Assembly: GCA_022451065.1 (NCBI GenBank)
Contig: JAKUOU010000023.1
Coordinates: forward strand, 1 to 63,472
Direction of reading: 5' to 3'
DNA length: 63,472 bases
DNA from: Pedosphaera sp.
GTDB taxonomy: Bacteria; Verrucomicrobiota; Verrucomicrobiia; Limisphaerales; UBA1096
Each line of letters opens with the position of its first letter. The stretch's first letter is position 1. Both the position numbers and the translations under genes were made by a program. This document shows, piece by piece, positions 25,245-34,515 of this stretch. The notes under the pieces are model-generated. The model ran no database searches, was not told the origin of the DNA, and was given only the letters and a program-made list of their open reading frames with translations.

Positions 25245-26654
25245 ATGATCTTTTTAAACACACTCATGATTGGACTGAGGGAAATCGGATCCCACTGGTT
25301 TCGCTCCACGTTGACAATCCTAGGGGTGGTGCTCGGGATCGTCAGCCTGGTGACCATGTCCGCAATTGTAAAGGGAATGGAGAATGCGATGAAGGAACAA
25401 ATGGTCGTTTACGGCGGAGCGGATAAGATCAACATCGATGAGGATGAGCCACCCAGTTACCAGGAACACAAACAAGATTACTCCCCGGGCATCACCGTCC
25501 AGGATGCCTATGCACTAAAGAAAAATGCCACGCTGCTTCAATGCATTTCTCCAGAGATGCGCTGGTCATATGGGCGCGCAAGCTACCAGGACAAACGGAC
25601 CTATCTTTCCTCTTTTGTGGGTGTCTGGCCGGATATTATGGACATGGAAGGTTATGAAATTGAGCATGGCCGTTTTTTCAGTTCCTATGAGGATCATATT
25701 GCAAAGAATGTTTGCGTAATCGGAGCCGATATTCGCGATCGATTATTCGGACCCACTAATCCGGATGGCACACCACTTGACCCGGTTGGTAAAAAGATCA
25801 ATATCAACTATATACCGTTCCAGATTGTCGGTATGTACAAAAAACTGGAAAGTGAAGCAGACCGCAAAAAACGGGAATACCAGTTACAGCAACAACAATC
25901 CCGCGGCGGCCCAGCCCGCGGCAGATCGTCTGGTCGCTATTCCAACCGCGACCGTTTTTGGCATAGAAACAACGTTGCACATATTCCATTGAATACAATG
26001 TGGATGAAGTTTCGTATGGCAACCTCCAGTGCTTCCGGTTCCATTAAGGGTAGGTTTTCCACCAGCGGATCCTCAGAACCCGAAGTCTTTGCCCCAGATC
26101 CCAAACTCAGTGATTTCGATGTTAAAGCACTAAATGTGGATGTTCTGGACAAGGCCATGGGGCAAATTCGAAATGTAATGGTTCGCTCCCATAATGGAAT
26201 TGAAGATTTCTCATTTCGGACACAGGAAAGTGTATTAACCAATATCAATAAACGCTTGAACAGCGCCCAAATTATCAGGGGCATTATTGCCGCATTAAGC
26301 CTGATAGTAGGAGGGATAGGCATCATGAACATCATGCTTGCCAGCATCAATGAACGCATTCGGGAAATCGGCACATTCAAGGCCATGGGCGCTACGGGGT
26401 CTGTCGTGTTTCTACAGATTATTATGGAAAGTCTCTCCTTGGCCCTCCTCGGTGGATTGTTTGGTATCCCAGCTTCATATGGTTCAGTTTGGCTGCTGAC
26501 CCAAATGGTCCCCACAGAGAATACTCCCCAAATAACCGCCGAAGTGCTCGCCATTGGCATCGCTTTCAGTGGTTGCGTTGGTCTCATGGCTGGACTTTTC
26601 CCCGCCTTCAAGGCCTCTAGACTGGATCCTATTGAAGCTCTCCGATACGAGTAG
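25245..26654 (+). CDS. MacB/FtsX-type ABC permease 2
   Basis: RSTLTILGVVLG, VGGIGIMNIML...ERIREIG, LDPIEALRYE. Confidence 0.93.
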   Translation: MIFLNTLMIGLREIGSHWFRSTLTILGVVLGIVSLVTMSAIVKGMENAMKEQMVVYGGADKINIDEDEPPSYQEHKQDYSPGITVQDAYALKKNATLLQCISPEMRWSYGRASYQDKRTYLSSFVGVWPDIMDMEGYEIEHGRFFSSYEDHIAKNVCVIGADIRDRLFGPTNPDGTPLDPVGKKININYIPFQIVGMYKKLESEADRKKREYQLQQQQSRGGPARGRSSGRYSNRDRFWHRNNVAHIPLNTMWMKFRMATSSASGSIKGRFSTSGSSEPEVFAPDPKLSDFDVKALNVDVLDKAMGQIRNVMVRSHNGIEDFSFRTQESVLTNINKRLNSAQIIRGIIAALSLIVGGIGIMNIMLASINERIREIGTFKAMGATGSVVFLQIIMESLSLALLGGLFGIPASYGSVWLLTQMVPTENTPQITAEVLAIGIAFSGCVGLMAGLFPAFKASRLDPIEALRYE

Positions 26655-26723
26655 CGGCCATTTCACAGGGAAATCTTTCACTGTGTTTTAAGATGCTGCC
26701 TCGCCACCCGCTGCAGCCGTCTA

Positions 26724-28070
26724 ATGACTTATTTTAACCTGTTCATCCTCGGCTTTCGGGAAGTCTACACGCACTGGTTTCGATCAGTGCTAACCATGCT
26801 CGGGGTTATTCTTGGCGTAGCCAGTGTGGTAACCATGTCCGCCATCGTGGAAGGACTCGAAAAAAGCATGCGGGACAATATTATTATTTATGGTGGCCTG
26901 AACAAAGTACTCATTCGCGATAGCGATCCGCCAGACTATCAGGAGCACATTGCCGACACTTCACCTGGCAAGACACTCAATGACGTCTATGCGCTCAAAC
27001 GAGGGACTACACTGCTTTCTCATGTTTCCCCGGAGATGGGGCACCGTGCCCGCATCACATACCAACGGCGTAGCTGCTATCCTTCCGAGTTCATCGGGGC
27101 CTGGCCGGTCGTGCTGGAAATGAATCGACATACTCTTCAGTACGGACGGTTTTTTAACGAACTGGACGAGCGAGGCGCAAAATCGGTTTGCGTTATCGGC
27201 GCCCACATCCGCAACCGACTGTTCGGAGATCCGAATTTAACCGATCAAGAGATCAATCCGGTGGGCAAAATCATCCAGATTAACCGGCAGCCGTTCACCG
27301 TGATCGGAATGTTCACCGAGTATATGACCGATGCCGAGCGGAAACGAAGGGAACTCGAGAGACAGAAACGCAAAGACCAGACCGGACCCAAGCGTCATAC
27401 CGGATACCGTTCCCGTCGAGACGGCTTTTATCACAAAAATAATGTGGTTTATATCCCGATCAACACCATGTGGATGAGATTCAAAGTCTCCAGTGGAACC
27501 GATGATACCCCAGAACCCAACTTGACAGATATCGATATCAAGGTGGCGGACTTGAACCACATGGAGAAAGCTCTGGATCAGGCTCGTAATATCCTCCTGC
27601 ATACTCACAAAGGAGTTGAGGATTTTGAATTCTCCACTTATGCCAGTCGCATTGCCAGTGCTGAGAAACGCATAAAAAGTGCAAACCTGATTGGGCTCAT
27701 TATCTCAGCGTTGAGCCTATTCGTTGGTGGTATCGGGATCATGAACATCATGCTTGCCAGCATCAACGAACGAATCCGTGAGATCGGCACTTTCAAAGCC
27801 CTAGGAGCTACTAACCTCTCTATTTTTTTTCAAATTATGATGGAAAGTTCTACTCTTGCCATTATGGGTGGATTGGCAGGCCTACCCACTTCGTTCGGAT
27901 CGATTTGGCTGCTCACTCAATTGATTCCTCAGCAGAACGTGCCCATCATCACATCGGCAGCCCTGTTAATAGGACTCACATTCAGTGTCCTTACGGGGAT
28001 GATTGCTGGTTTGTTCCCAGCTTACAAAGCTTCCCAATTGAATCCTATTGAGGCGCTTCGGTACGAGTAG
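26724..28070 (+). CDS. MacB/FtsX-type ABC permease 3
   Basis: RSVLTMLGVILG, VGGIGIMNIML...ERIREIG, LNPIEALRYE. Confidence 0.93.
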   Translation: MTYFNLFILGFREVYTHWFRSVLTMLGVILGVASVVTMSAIVEGLEKSMRDNIIIYGGLNKVLIRDSDPPDYQEHIADTSPGKTLNDVYALKRGTTLLSHVSPEMGHRARITYQRRSCYPSEFIGAWPVVLEMNRHTLQYGRFFNELDERGAKSVCVIGAHIRNRLFGDPNLTDQEINPVGKIIQINRQPFTVIGMFTEYMTDAERKRRELERQKRKDQTGPKRHTGYRSRRDGFYHKNNVVYIPINTMWMRFKVSSGTDDTPEPNLTDIDIKVADLNHMEKALDQARNILLHTHKGVEDFEFSTYASRIASAEKRIKSANLIGLIISALSLFVGGIGIMNIMLASINERIREIGTFKALGATNLSIFFQIMMESSTLAIMGGLAGLPTSFGSIWLLTQLIPQQNVPIITSAALLIGLTFSVLTGMIAGLFPAYKASQLNPIEALRYE

Positions 28071-28145
28071 GCGTGCGCTTGGCGCAGCTGCTCCAATCCG
28101 CATTAGCCTTACATTCGGATGAACTTCTAAGGCTTTCTTGCCTTA

Positions 28146-28526
28146 TTAATCCCGCTTACGCTTGGACTTCCTGTCATCGTCATCTCGGTCCCGGTCATCT
28201 CGGTCCCGGTCATCTCGGTCCCGGTCATCTCGGTCCCGGTCATCTCGGTGGCGATCACCGTCGTGATCATGGTCATGACCAAACAATGCGTCAGAGGTCG
28301 ACGACACCGCTTTTTCGGGAATGTCTATCGTAGCGTTAAATGCCTTGCGGGTGGACTCGAACGGGTGAAACGGAGCCCCAATGACGTAACCGGTCATCCG
28401 GAAGGGATACTTGATCACTTTACCTGTAAGACTCTCTTGATCCCGATGATGACTATGGTGTCCGCAGCCGACAGTGACCAACGCAGCCACCATAATGAAT
28501 AGAATGGATTGAGTTTTTATTTTCAT
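28146..28526 (-). CDS. small His-rich lipoprotein with C-terminal (DRDDR)n repeat
   Basis: Signal peptide with lipobox VTVG-C, then GHHSHH; tail HDHDHDGDRHRDDRDRDDRDRDD...KSKRKRD. Confidence 0.75.
   Translation of the reverse strand: MKIKTQSILFIMVAALVTVGCGHHSHHRDQESLTGKVIKYPFRMTGYVIGAPFHPFESTRKAFNATIDIPEKAVSSTSDALFGHDHDHDGDRHRDDRDRDDRDRDDRDRDDRDRDDDDRKSKRKRD
28179..28249. repeat. 15-bp tandem repeat (CATCTCGGTCCCGGT, about 4.6 copies)
   Basis: Identical units start at 28181, 28196, 28211 and 28226, with a partial unit at 28241; in frame within the lipoprotein gene. Confidence 0.95.
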
Positions 28527-28654
28527 TAGTTAATACGACATCCAGAGGTTTATCATTATACAGAACTGACCGGGCGGTGCTACACCATGCCCGCGGCCGT
28601 GTCAACGACGCAGCCTTGTGAAATGACTGCCTAGCTTCCATCATTGGCCAAGCA

Positions 28655-30388
28655 GTGAGCGACCACGCCAACATTCACCCGGCCATCAAGCCTGCCCAGC
28701 TTCAGCGGCTCTATCAGGTCAGCAAGGTCATCCACTCGGTCCTCGACCAACAGAAGGCGCTCGAGTTGATCGTGCGCGAGGCGGTTGGCCTCGTCAACGC
28801 CACCACCGGCTCGGTCGTGCTCATCAACCCCACTGACAGGTTGCTTGAAATACAGGCCGCGCACGGGCTGTCGGAGGGCTCCTCGCGCCTCAAGCTGCGC
28901 ATGGGCGAGGGCATCACCGGCTGGGTGGCCCAGCACGGTAAACCGGCTCTCGTGCCCGACGTTCGTAAAGACGCCCGCTACGTCAAGGTGCACAATCACA
29001 CCCTCTCGGAGTTGGCGATCCCTCTCGAGGTCAACGGTTCCGTTTGCGGCGTGATCAACGTGGATTCCGACCAGCTAAACGCCTTTTCCGAGACCGACCA
29101 GGCGCTGCTGAGCGAATTGGCCAGCCAGGCGGCCATTGTCATTCACAACGCCTTCCTCTACGAGCGATCGCGCATTCGGGCCAACCTATTCGAATCGCTC
29201 ATCACCGTTGGCCAGGCGATCAACTCCGCTGTTGATCTTGATGACGCCCTGGCCGCTATTACCCGCGAGGCATGTAGCCTGATGAGCGCCCGAACCAGCG
29301 CGCTGCAACTCCTCGACAACAGCGGTGACCGGTTGACCCTCGTGGCCTCGCATGGTGCCGGTGAGGCCTACCTAAACAAGCCGGATGTCGTGGTGTCCGA
29401 TAGCTTCCTAGGCTCGGTGGTGCACCGTATGAGACCGCTGCAGATCGAGAACATCCAAACCTCCAATACCTACCAGCAGCAGAACATGGCGCAGGAGGAG
29501 GGACTCGTCGCCCTGCTGAGTGTACCGCTGGTTTTCGGTGGAAGTGCCATTGGCACGCTGAATATTTACAAGGCTGACGCCTATGTATTCTCCAACGACG
29601 AGATTCGGATTGCCATGGCACTGGCCGAGTTGTCTGCCATCGCGATTGAAAAGGCGCGACTGTTAGAGCACATCGTCGAGTCGGAGGAACATCTGCGGCA
29701 AAACGAAAAACTCTCCGCGCTGGGACTGCTCGCCGGCGAGGTGGCGCACGAGATCCGCAACCCGCTCACTGTCCTCAAGATGCTTTACCACTCGCTTGGC
29801 CTTGAGTTTCCGGCGGACGATCCTCGCGCAGAGGACGTGCGGATCATGGGCGAAAAAATGGATCACTTAAATACAATCGTCGAGCAGATCCTCACCTTCG
29901 CGCGCAACGCCGAACCACAACTACAGCCCACCGACGTCAACAAGCTTATTGACGATCTGCGCCTGCTTGTTCGTCGAAAAATCGCGCAGCAAAATGTTAA
30001 GTTGGAAGCGCGCTTTGAGAAGACTCTGCCGCAGGTTCGTGCCGATGCGCCGCAACTGAGCCAGGTTTTTTTAAACCTCACCCTCAACGCGCTCGAGGCC
30101 ATGCCAGATGGCGGTCGCCTGACGATCGAGACACGGGCGATCCGTCTACCAAGGTCAGCACCGACGCCGACGCACGTCCGGATCGAGTTCACCGATACGG
30201 GATATGGGATGGATACCGCAACACGCGAACGCGCCTTCACCTCGCTGCTAAACACCGGCAAACCAGGAGGCACCGGTCTCGGCCTGGCCATCGTCGGCCG
30301 CATCATCGAGTCCCACAGAGGCCGTATCAAGATCAAGCCAAGCGACGGTGGCACTACCTTCAGCATCCTTCTGCCAGTGGCCGGTTAG
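28655..30388 (+). CDS. soluble sensor histidine kinase with two GAF domains (NtrB-like HisKA/HATPase)
   Basis: GEGITGWVA GAF motif; H-box EVAHEIRNPL; N-box QVFLNLTLNA; DTGYG; GTGLGLAIV; no TM helix. Confidence 0.93.
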   Translation: MSDHANIHPAIKPAQLQRLYQVSKVIHSVLDQQKALELIVREAVGLVNATTGSVVLINPTDRLLEIQAAHGLSEGSSRLKLRMGEGITGWVAQHGKPALVPDVRKDARYVKVHNHTLSELAIPLEVNGSVCGVINVDSDQLNAFSETDQALLSELASQAAIVIHNAFLYERSRIRANLFESLITVGQAINSAVDLDDALAAITREACSLMSARTSALQLLDNSGDRLTLVASHGAGEAYLNKPDVVVSDSFLGSVVHRMRPLQIENIQTSNTYQQQNMAQEEGLVALLSVPLVFGGSAIGTLNIYKADAYVFSNDEIRIAMALAELSAIAIEKARLLEHIVESEEHLRQNEKLSALGLLAGEVAHEIRNPLTVLKMLYHSLGLEFPADDPRAEDVRIMGEKMDHLNTIVEQILTFARNAEPQLQPTDVNKLIDDLRLLVRRKIAQQNVKLEARFEKTLPQVRADAPQLSQVFLNLTLNALEAMPDGGRLTIETRAIRLPRSAPTPTHVRIEFTDTGYGMDTATRERAFTSLLNTGKPGGTGLGLAIVGRIIESHRGRIKIKPSDGGTTFSILLPVAG

Positions 30389-30426
30389 ACGCACGCTTGG
30401 CCAGACGCTAGCTTTGGTTAAGCAAC

Positions 30427-30457
30427 AAAAAGCCCGTCCAGTTGTGGACGAGCTTTT
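30427..30457. terminator. bidirectional intrinsic terminator
   Basis: AAAAAGCCCGTCCA-GTTG-TGGACGAGCTTTT between convergent genes. Confidence 0.75.
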
Positions 30458-30484
30458 GAGTTGAAAGGGTGCCCTAGAACTGGC

Positions 30485-31837
30485 CTAGGCGAAGCGGGTT
30501 TTACCCGGGATGGGGATGGCATAACGGCCGTCCTCGTCCGGCAGAGTCGGCGGAGCCGCTTCCCAACCGAGGACTTCAGGCATTGTGTTTTCGTTGGAGT
30601 TCAACGCATCCTCAGCCGTGATCATTTTGCCAGAATAGGTAGCCATACGACCCATCACGGCGGTCAGCGTGCTGTGTGCGCCATAAAATGCCTCGTTGTA
30701 AGGCTTGTTGTTGCGGATAGCGTCGAACAGGTCATCGTGTTCCTGCTGGTATGGGTTTTTGCCACCGCCCGGAAAGCGCCACGTTTGCTTCCCGTCATTA
30801 TCGGCCAACGCATGAGGGCCGCTCACGCTCGCCCGGCCCTTGGTCCCCTGCACGTGCTCAGAAACGCTGTTCCAGCAGCCACGGATGTGGCGGCACTGGC
30901 TGAACATATAGCTACCGTCGCCATATTTGTACTCGACGGCGTGATGGTCAAAAATTTCACCATGGTCGATACCTGTACGAACCTCGCGACCGCCCATTCC
31001 CTGGCAACTCGCCGGATGAGTGCCCTTGACCCAGTTGATAACGTCGAGATTGTGGATGTGCTGTTCATCGATGTGGTCGCCGCATAGCCAGACGAAGTAG
31101 TACCAGTTGCGCATCTGGTATTCCATCTCGGTGAGTTTACGTCCGGCCCTCTGCTCGAAGCTCTTGCGGTCGCGCACCCAGACGCCGCCGCCGTTCCAAT
31201 AAGCACGCGCGGAGACGATATCACCGATGGCACCGTCCTGTATGCGTTTGATGACTTCCTGATAACCAAGCTGATGGTGGCGCTGGAGACCAACGCCTAC
31301 CTTGAGATTTTTCTTGTTTGCCTCCCGCGCAGCAGCCAGCACCTGGCGAACGCCCTGCCCATCGACGGCAACCGGCTTCTCCATGAATACGTGCTTGCCC
31401 TGTTTGATTGCCTCGGCAAAATGAATCGGCCGAAAGCCTGGAGGCGTCGCCAAGACGACCACGTCGGCCATGCTAATGGCCTTCTTGTAAGCGTCGAAAC
31501 CGATGAACTTGTTTTCCTCCTTCACGTCCGCTTTCAAGCCGTGATTTTTTTTAAGACCATTGAGACTGCCATCCATGCGGTCTTTAAAGGCATCGGCCAT
31601 GGCCACGAGCTTGACGTCGCCAGCGGTACTGAGTGCCTGATTAGCGGCACCGGACCCCCGGCCGCCGCAACCGACCAGCGCCATCTTGACGGTGTCACTA
31701 GCCTGGGCAAACGCGCCGCGCTCGACGGAAAGGCTGCCCAATGCCGCTGCACTGCCGACGATCGTTGAACTGGACTTTAGGAAACCACGACGATCCAGCC
31801 GTGAGTCGTTTTTTTGAGTGTTTTTGCTTTGTTTCAT
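30485..31837 (-). CDS. Tat-exported Gfo/Idh/MocA family oxidoreductase
   Basis: DRRGFLK Tat motif; GCGGRG Rossmann loop; HVFMEKP; EQHIHNLD. Confidence 0.92.
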   Translation of the reverse strand: MKQSKNTQKNDSRLDRRGFLKSSSTIVGSAAALGSLSVERGAFAQASDTVKMALVGCGGRGSGAANQALSTAGDVKLVAMADAFKDRMDGSLNGLKKNHGLKADVKEENKFIGFDAYKKAISMADVVVLATPPGFRPIHFAEAIKQGKHVFMEKPVAVDGQGVRQVLAAAREANKKNLKVGVGLQRHHQLGYQEVIKRIQDGAIGDIVSARAYWNGGGVWVRDRKSFEQRAGRKLTEMEYQMRNWYYFVWLCGDHIDEQHIHNLDVINWVKGTHPASCQGMGGREVRTGIDHGEIFDHHAVEYKYGDGSYMFSQCRHIRGCWNSVSEHVQGTKGRASVSGPHALADNDGKQTWRFPGGGKNPYQQEHDDLFDAIRNNKPYNEAFYGAHSTLTAVMGRMATYSGKMITAEDALNSNENTMPEVLGWEAAPPTLPDEDGRYAIPIPGKTRFA

Positions 31838-31880
31838 TAGACGATATTAGTTTCAAAAGTGTATAGGAACCGGCGGCACT

Positions 31881-33626
31881 CTAGTCTGGCTCGCCCTCTG
31901 TTGTCCAATACTTATGCATATCCTGCGCCGAAGGAACGATCAGCGGTCGAATCACGCGAAACCCGAGAAATTGGGCGTCAGTGTGATACCAGATACTCTT
32001 AGGCAACTGCGGATCCTGAAATTTCCAAGCGGCCGAGGACGCGATCCTGGCGGCGCTTCGCAAGCCCTCCGGCTTGTCCATCCATGAGCCACCCCTAGCA
32101 ACGCGAGGGTACAACGACTTACCGTACTCGAAGGGATTGGAAACGGTATCCTTGAACGTCGTGTAAATATCCGGAACGAACTGGTCGAGGGTCCACTCGG
32201 ACACGTTGCCGTGCATATCGTGCAGGCCCCAAGCGTTGGGTTTTTTCGTGCCGACCTTCTGGTACTTGAAGTCGCTGTTGCCATCGTGCCATGCATACTC
32301 ATCGATCAATGCTGGATCGTCACCGAAACTGTACCTTGTGGTGGTGCCGGCGCGGCAGGCATATTCCCACTCGGCCTCGGTCGGCAGGCGGTAGTAGTGG
32401 CCGGTCCTGGCGGTGAGCCATTTGCAATAGGTGTTGGCTGCATGCTGGGTCATGCTGATGGCCGGGAATCCTTCTGTGCCCATCCCGAAGCTCATCTCGA
32501 CATACGGCGTGGTCGGGCGCGCCACGGCATCGGAGACGGCGTCGAGTTCGGGCTTGTAACCTCGAATTTTCATCACCATTTTTTCCTCCTCCTCGTAGAT
32601 AAACAACGTGTAGGCGTTCCACGTGGTCTCGGTCTTGGCCATCCAAAACGGCGCGATCTTCACCTTGTGCTGTGGTCCCTCGGTCTCCTTTCTACCAGGT
32701 TCACCGGCGGGACTGCCCATCAAGAATTCGCCGCTTGGGATCGGGATCATTTCAAACTTGATACCGGTTCCGCTAATCTCCTCCTCGAACGGCTTCATGG
32801 TCGGCTCGAGTTGGTCGATAAGTTTTTCGATCGCCTTATTGCGAATATCGACAACCACCTTTGGCGCCGTGGCGAGGCTCTCATCGACCTTAGGTTGTTC
32901 GCCAGTATCGCGGCGGGTCGGCTCGAGTTTCAGCCCCTCCGGCCAGGAGGCACCCTGCACGATCCAGTCACGCAACAGGTCGAGTTGCTCCTGTGGCAGC
33001 GGGCCGCCCTTGTTGGATGGCGGCATCAGGTCATCATCGTCAGCTGGCAGCGTCACGGTCTGGTATAACGTGCTGTTTTCGAGATCAAACGGCACCACCG
33101 CCGCGCCGTATTCGCCGGCCTCGAAGGCGTACTGTCGCTCGTCAAGGCGCAGGTCCCCCTTGTCGTGCCCATCGCGATGGCAACTAACGCAGGACGCCTC
33201 CAGGATCGGCTTGATATCCTTGACGAAGTCGATGCGGCGCACCTGCTGGATCACCAACCCCTCCGGCCACTTGGCCCCGGCGGCAATCCATTCCTTGAGC
33301 ACGTTGGCCTGGTCTCTGGTGAGCGGATCACCCTTGGGCGGCATGATGTCGTCGTCATCCGGCGGCAGGATGGTAGTCGTATAGAGGGTGCTTTTTTGTG
33401 GATTGCCAGGAACGACGACCTTGCCGTACTCACTTCCTTCAAGCAGACCGGCATGGGTGTGCAGCTGCAGTTCGCCCTTGGGCTTTTTCTCGCCGTGACA
33501 ACTCAGGCAGGCTGATGCTAGCACTGGCTGAACCTGCTTCTCAAACGACACCTCGGCCTTGGCCAAGCCGCCAAGCAAGGCCAGCGTGGCAACTGTCAGT
33601 AATAATCGGTTTACCTTGGTTTGCAT
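31881..33626 (-). CDS. SUMF1/FGE-sulfatase-fold protein fused to two planctomycete-type cytochrome c domains
   Basis: Start ATG 33626 with signal peptide; CLSCH...MPP and CVSCH...MPP...WI..GA repeats; [35 protein letters not shown]. Confidence 0.88.
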   Translation of the reverse strand: MQTKVNRLLLTVATLALLGGLAKAEVSFEKQVQPVLASACLSCHGEKKPKGELQLHTHAGLLEGSEYGKVVVPGNPQKSTLYTTTILPPDDDDIMPPKGDPLTRDQANVLKEWIAAGAKWPEGLVIQQVRRIDFVKDIKPILEASCVSCHRDGHDKGDLRLDERQYAFEAGEYGAAVVPFDLENSTLYQTVTLPADDDDLMPPSNKGGPLPQEQLDLLRDWIVQGASWPEGLKLEPTRRDTGEQPKVDESLATAPKVVVDIRNKAIEKLIDQLEPTMKPFEEEISGTGIKFEMIPIPSGEFLMGSPAGEPGRKETEGPQHKVKIAPFWMAKTETTWNAYTLFIYEEEEKMVMKIRGYKPELDAVSDAVARPTTPYVEMSFGMGTEGFPAISMTQHAANTYCKWLTARTGHYYRLPTEAEWEYACRAGTTTRYSFGDDPALIDEYAWHDGNSDFKYQKVGTKKPNAWGLHDMHGNVSEWTLDQFVPDIYTTFKDTVSNPFEYGKSLYPRVARGGSWMDKPEGLRSAARIASSAAWKFQDPQLPKSIWYHTDAQFLGFRVIRPLIVPSAQDMHKYWTTEGEPD

Positions 33627-33641
33627 CTCCAAAAGCCGGGT

Positions 33642-33739
33642 AATCTCCTTGCTAAAACAGCCATTGTCAATCGGCACGTTGCCCTTGATCAAACGTAGCC
33701 GGTTTGCAGCTTGTCACCCTGCAACTGGCCCCATAGATT
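33642..33739. promoter_or_regulatory. divergent sigma70-like promoter pair
   Basis: Minus: TTGACA (33670-33665)-17-GAGATT. Plus: TTGTCA (33711-33716)-17-TAGATT, 14 nt before ATG 33754. Confidence 0.5.
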
Positions 33740-33753
33740 GGCGGCTTGTCCCA

Positions 33754-34488
33754 ATGGAAGATGCGGGTTCACGACGGAATGGCTTCACCTTGATCGAGTT
33801 GCTGGTCGTGATCGCGATCATCGCTATCCTCGCCTCACTGCTCCTGCCAGCGCTTGGCCGTGCAAAGGAGAAAAGTAAAGCCGCCCGATGCAGTAGCAAC
33901 CTGCATCAGCACGCGCTCGCGTTCGCAATGTATGTCGATGATAACGAGGATTACTACCCTGCCTACTCACAGTGGGGAACACTGGGCGGCAAAAAGGGAG
34001 AGATGAGCCTGCACGGCGGTTTGGTTTCGCCTGAGAAACGGCCGCTAAACGCCTATGCGCCGTCGTTTGGCGTATTCCATTGTCCGGCCGACAAAGGCGA
34101 CTCGCTGCACACCGACAAGTTCCCGAAAAGAATCCGGAGCTGCTACGACGGCTGGGGTAACAGCTATCTGACCGTGTGGTCGGTCGAAACGCTGCGCATC
34201 CAACACGTCACCGGCGACTCAAATCACGGGCTGCGCAGTTCCCGCCGCCCAATGAAAGCGTCCGAGATGAGTCGCAGCCCGTCGAACAAGCTGGTAACCG
34301 GCGACTGGCCATGGTGGGCGGACCGCAAGAAGACCCACCTCAGGAGTCAGTGGCACAACTACCACGACCAATATCGATTCAATGTCCTTTGGGGAGACGG
34401 TCACACCGAGTTTTTCGAATTCCCCAAGGAGGCGTATAACTGGAACTATACCGGGCCAAAGCCGGATCCCGGTTACAAGTGGTGGTAA
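33754..34488 (+). CDS. prepilin-type N-terminal cleavage/methylation protein with C-terminal H-X-DG motif
   Basis: Start ATG 33754; [25 protein letters not shown]; FHCPAD; [14 protein letters not shown]. Confidence 0.9.
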   Translation: MEDAGSRRNGFTLIELLVVIAIIAILASLLLPALGRAKEKSKAARCSSNLHQHALAFAMYVDDNEDYYPAYSQWGTLGGKKGEMSLHGGLVSPEKRPLNAYAPSFGVFHCPADKGDSLHTDKFPKRIRSCYDGWGNSYLTVWSVETLRIQHVTGDSNHGLRSSRRPMKASEMSRSPSNKLVTGDWPWWADRKKTHLRSQWHNYHDQYRFNVLWGDGHTEFFEFPKEAYNWNYTGPKPDPGYKWW

Positions 34489-34515
34489 CCTTGGTCAGAC
34501 GCTTGCCAATCGGGG

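Noticed and set aside
28179-28249. Possible CRISPR array
   Set aside because: Units are 15 bp, directly adjacent with no spacers, in frame within a CDS, and no cas genes are present.
28073-28333. Plus-strand ORF with (HLGPG)n repeats
   Set aside because: Antisense shadow of the repeat; the minus-strand ORF has a signal peptide, lipobox and AT-rich upstream region.
31881-32760. Call as true formylglycine-generating enzyme
   Set aside because: The catalytic cysteine pair after RGGS is missing; only the fold can be supported.
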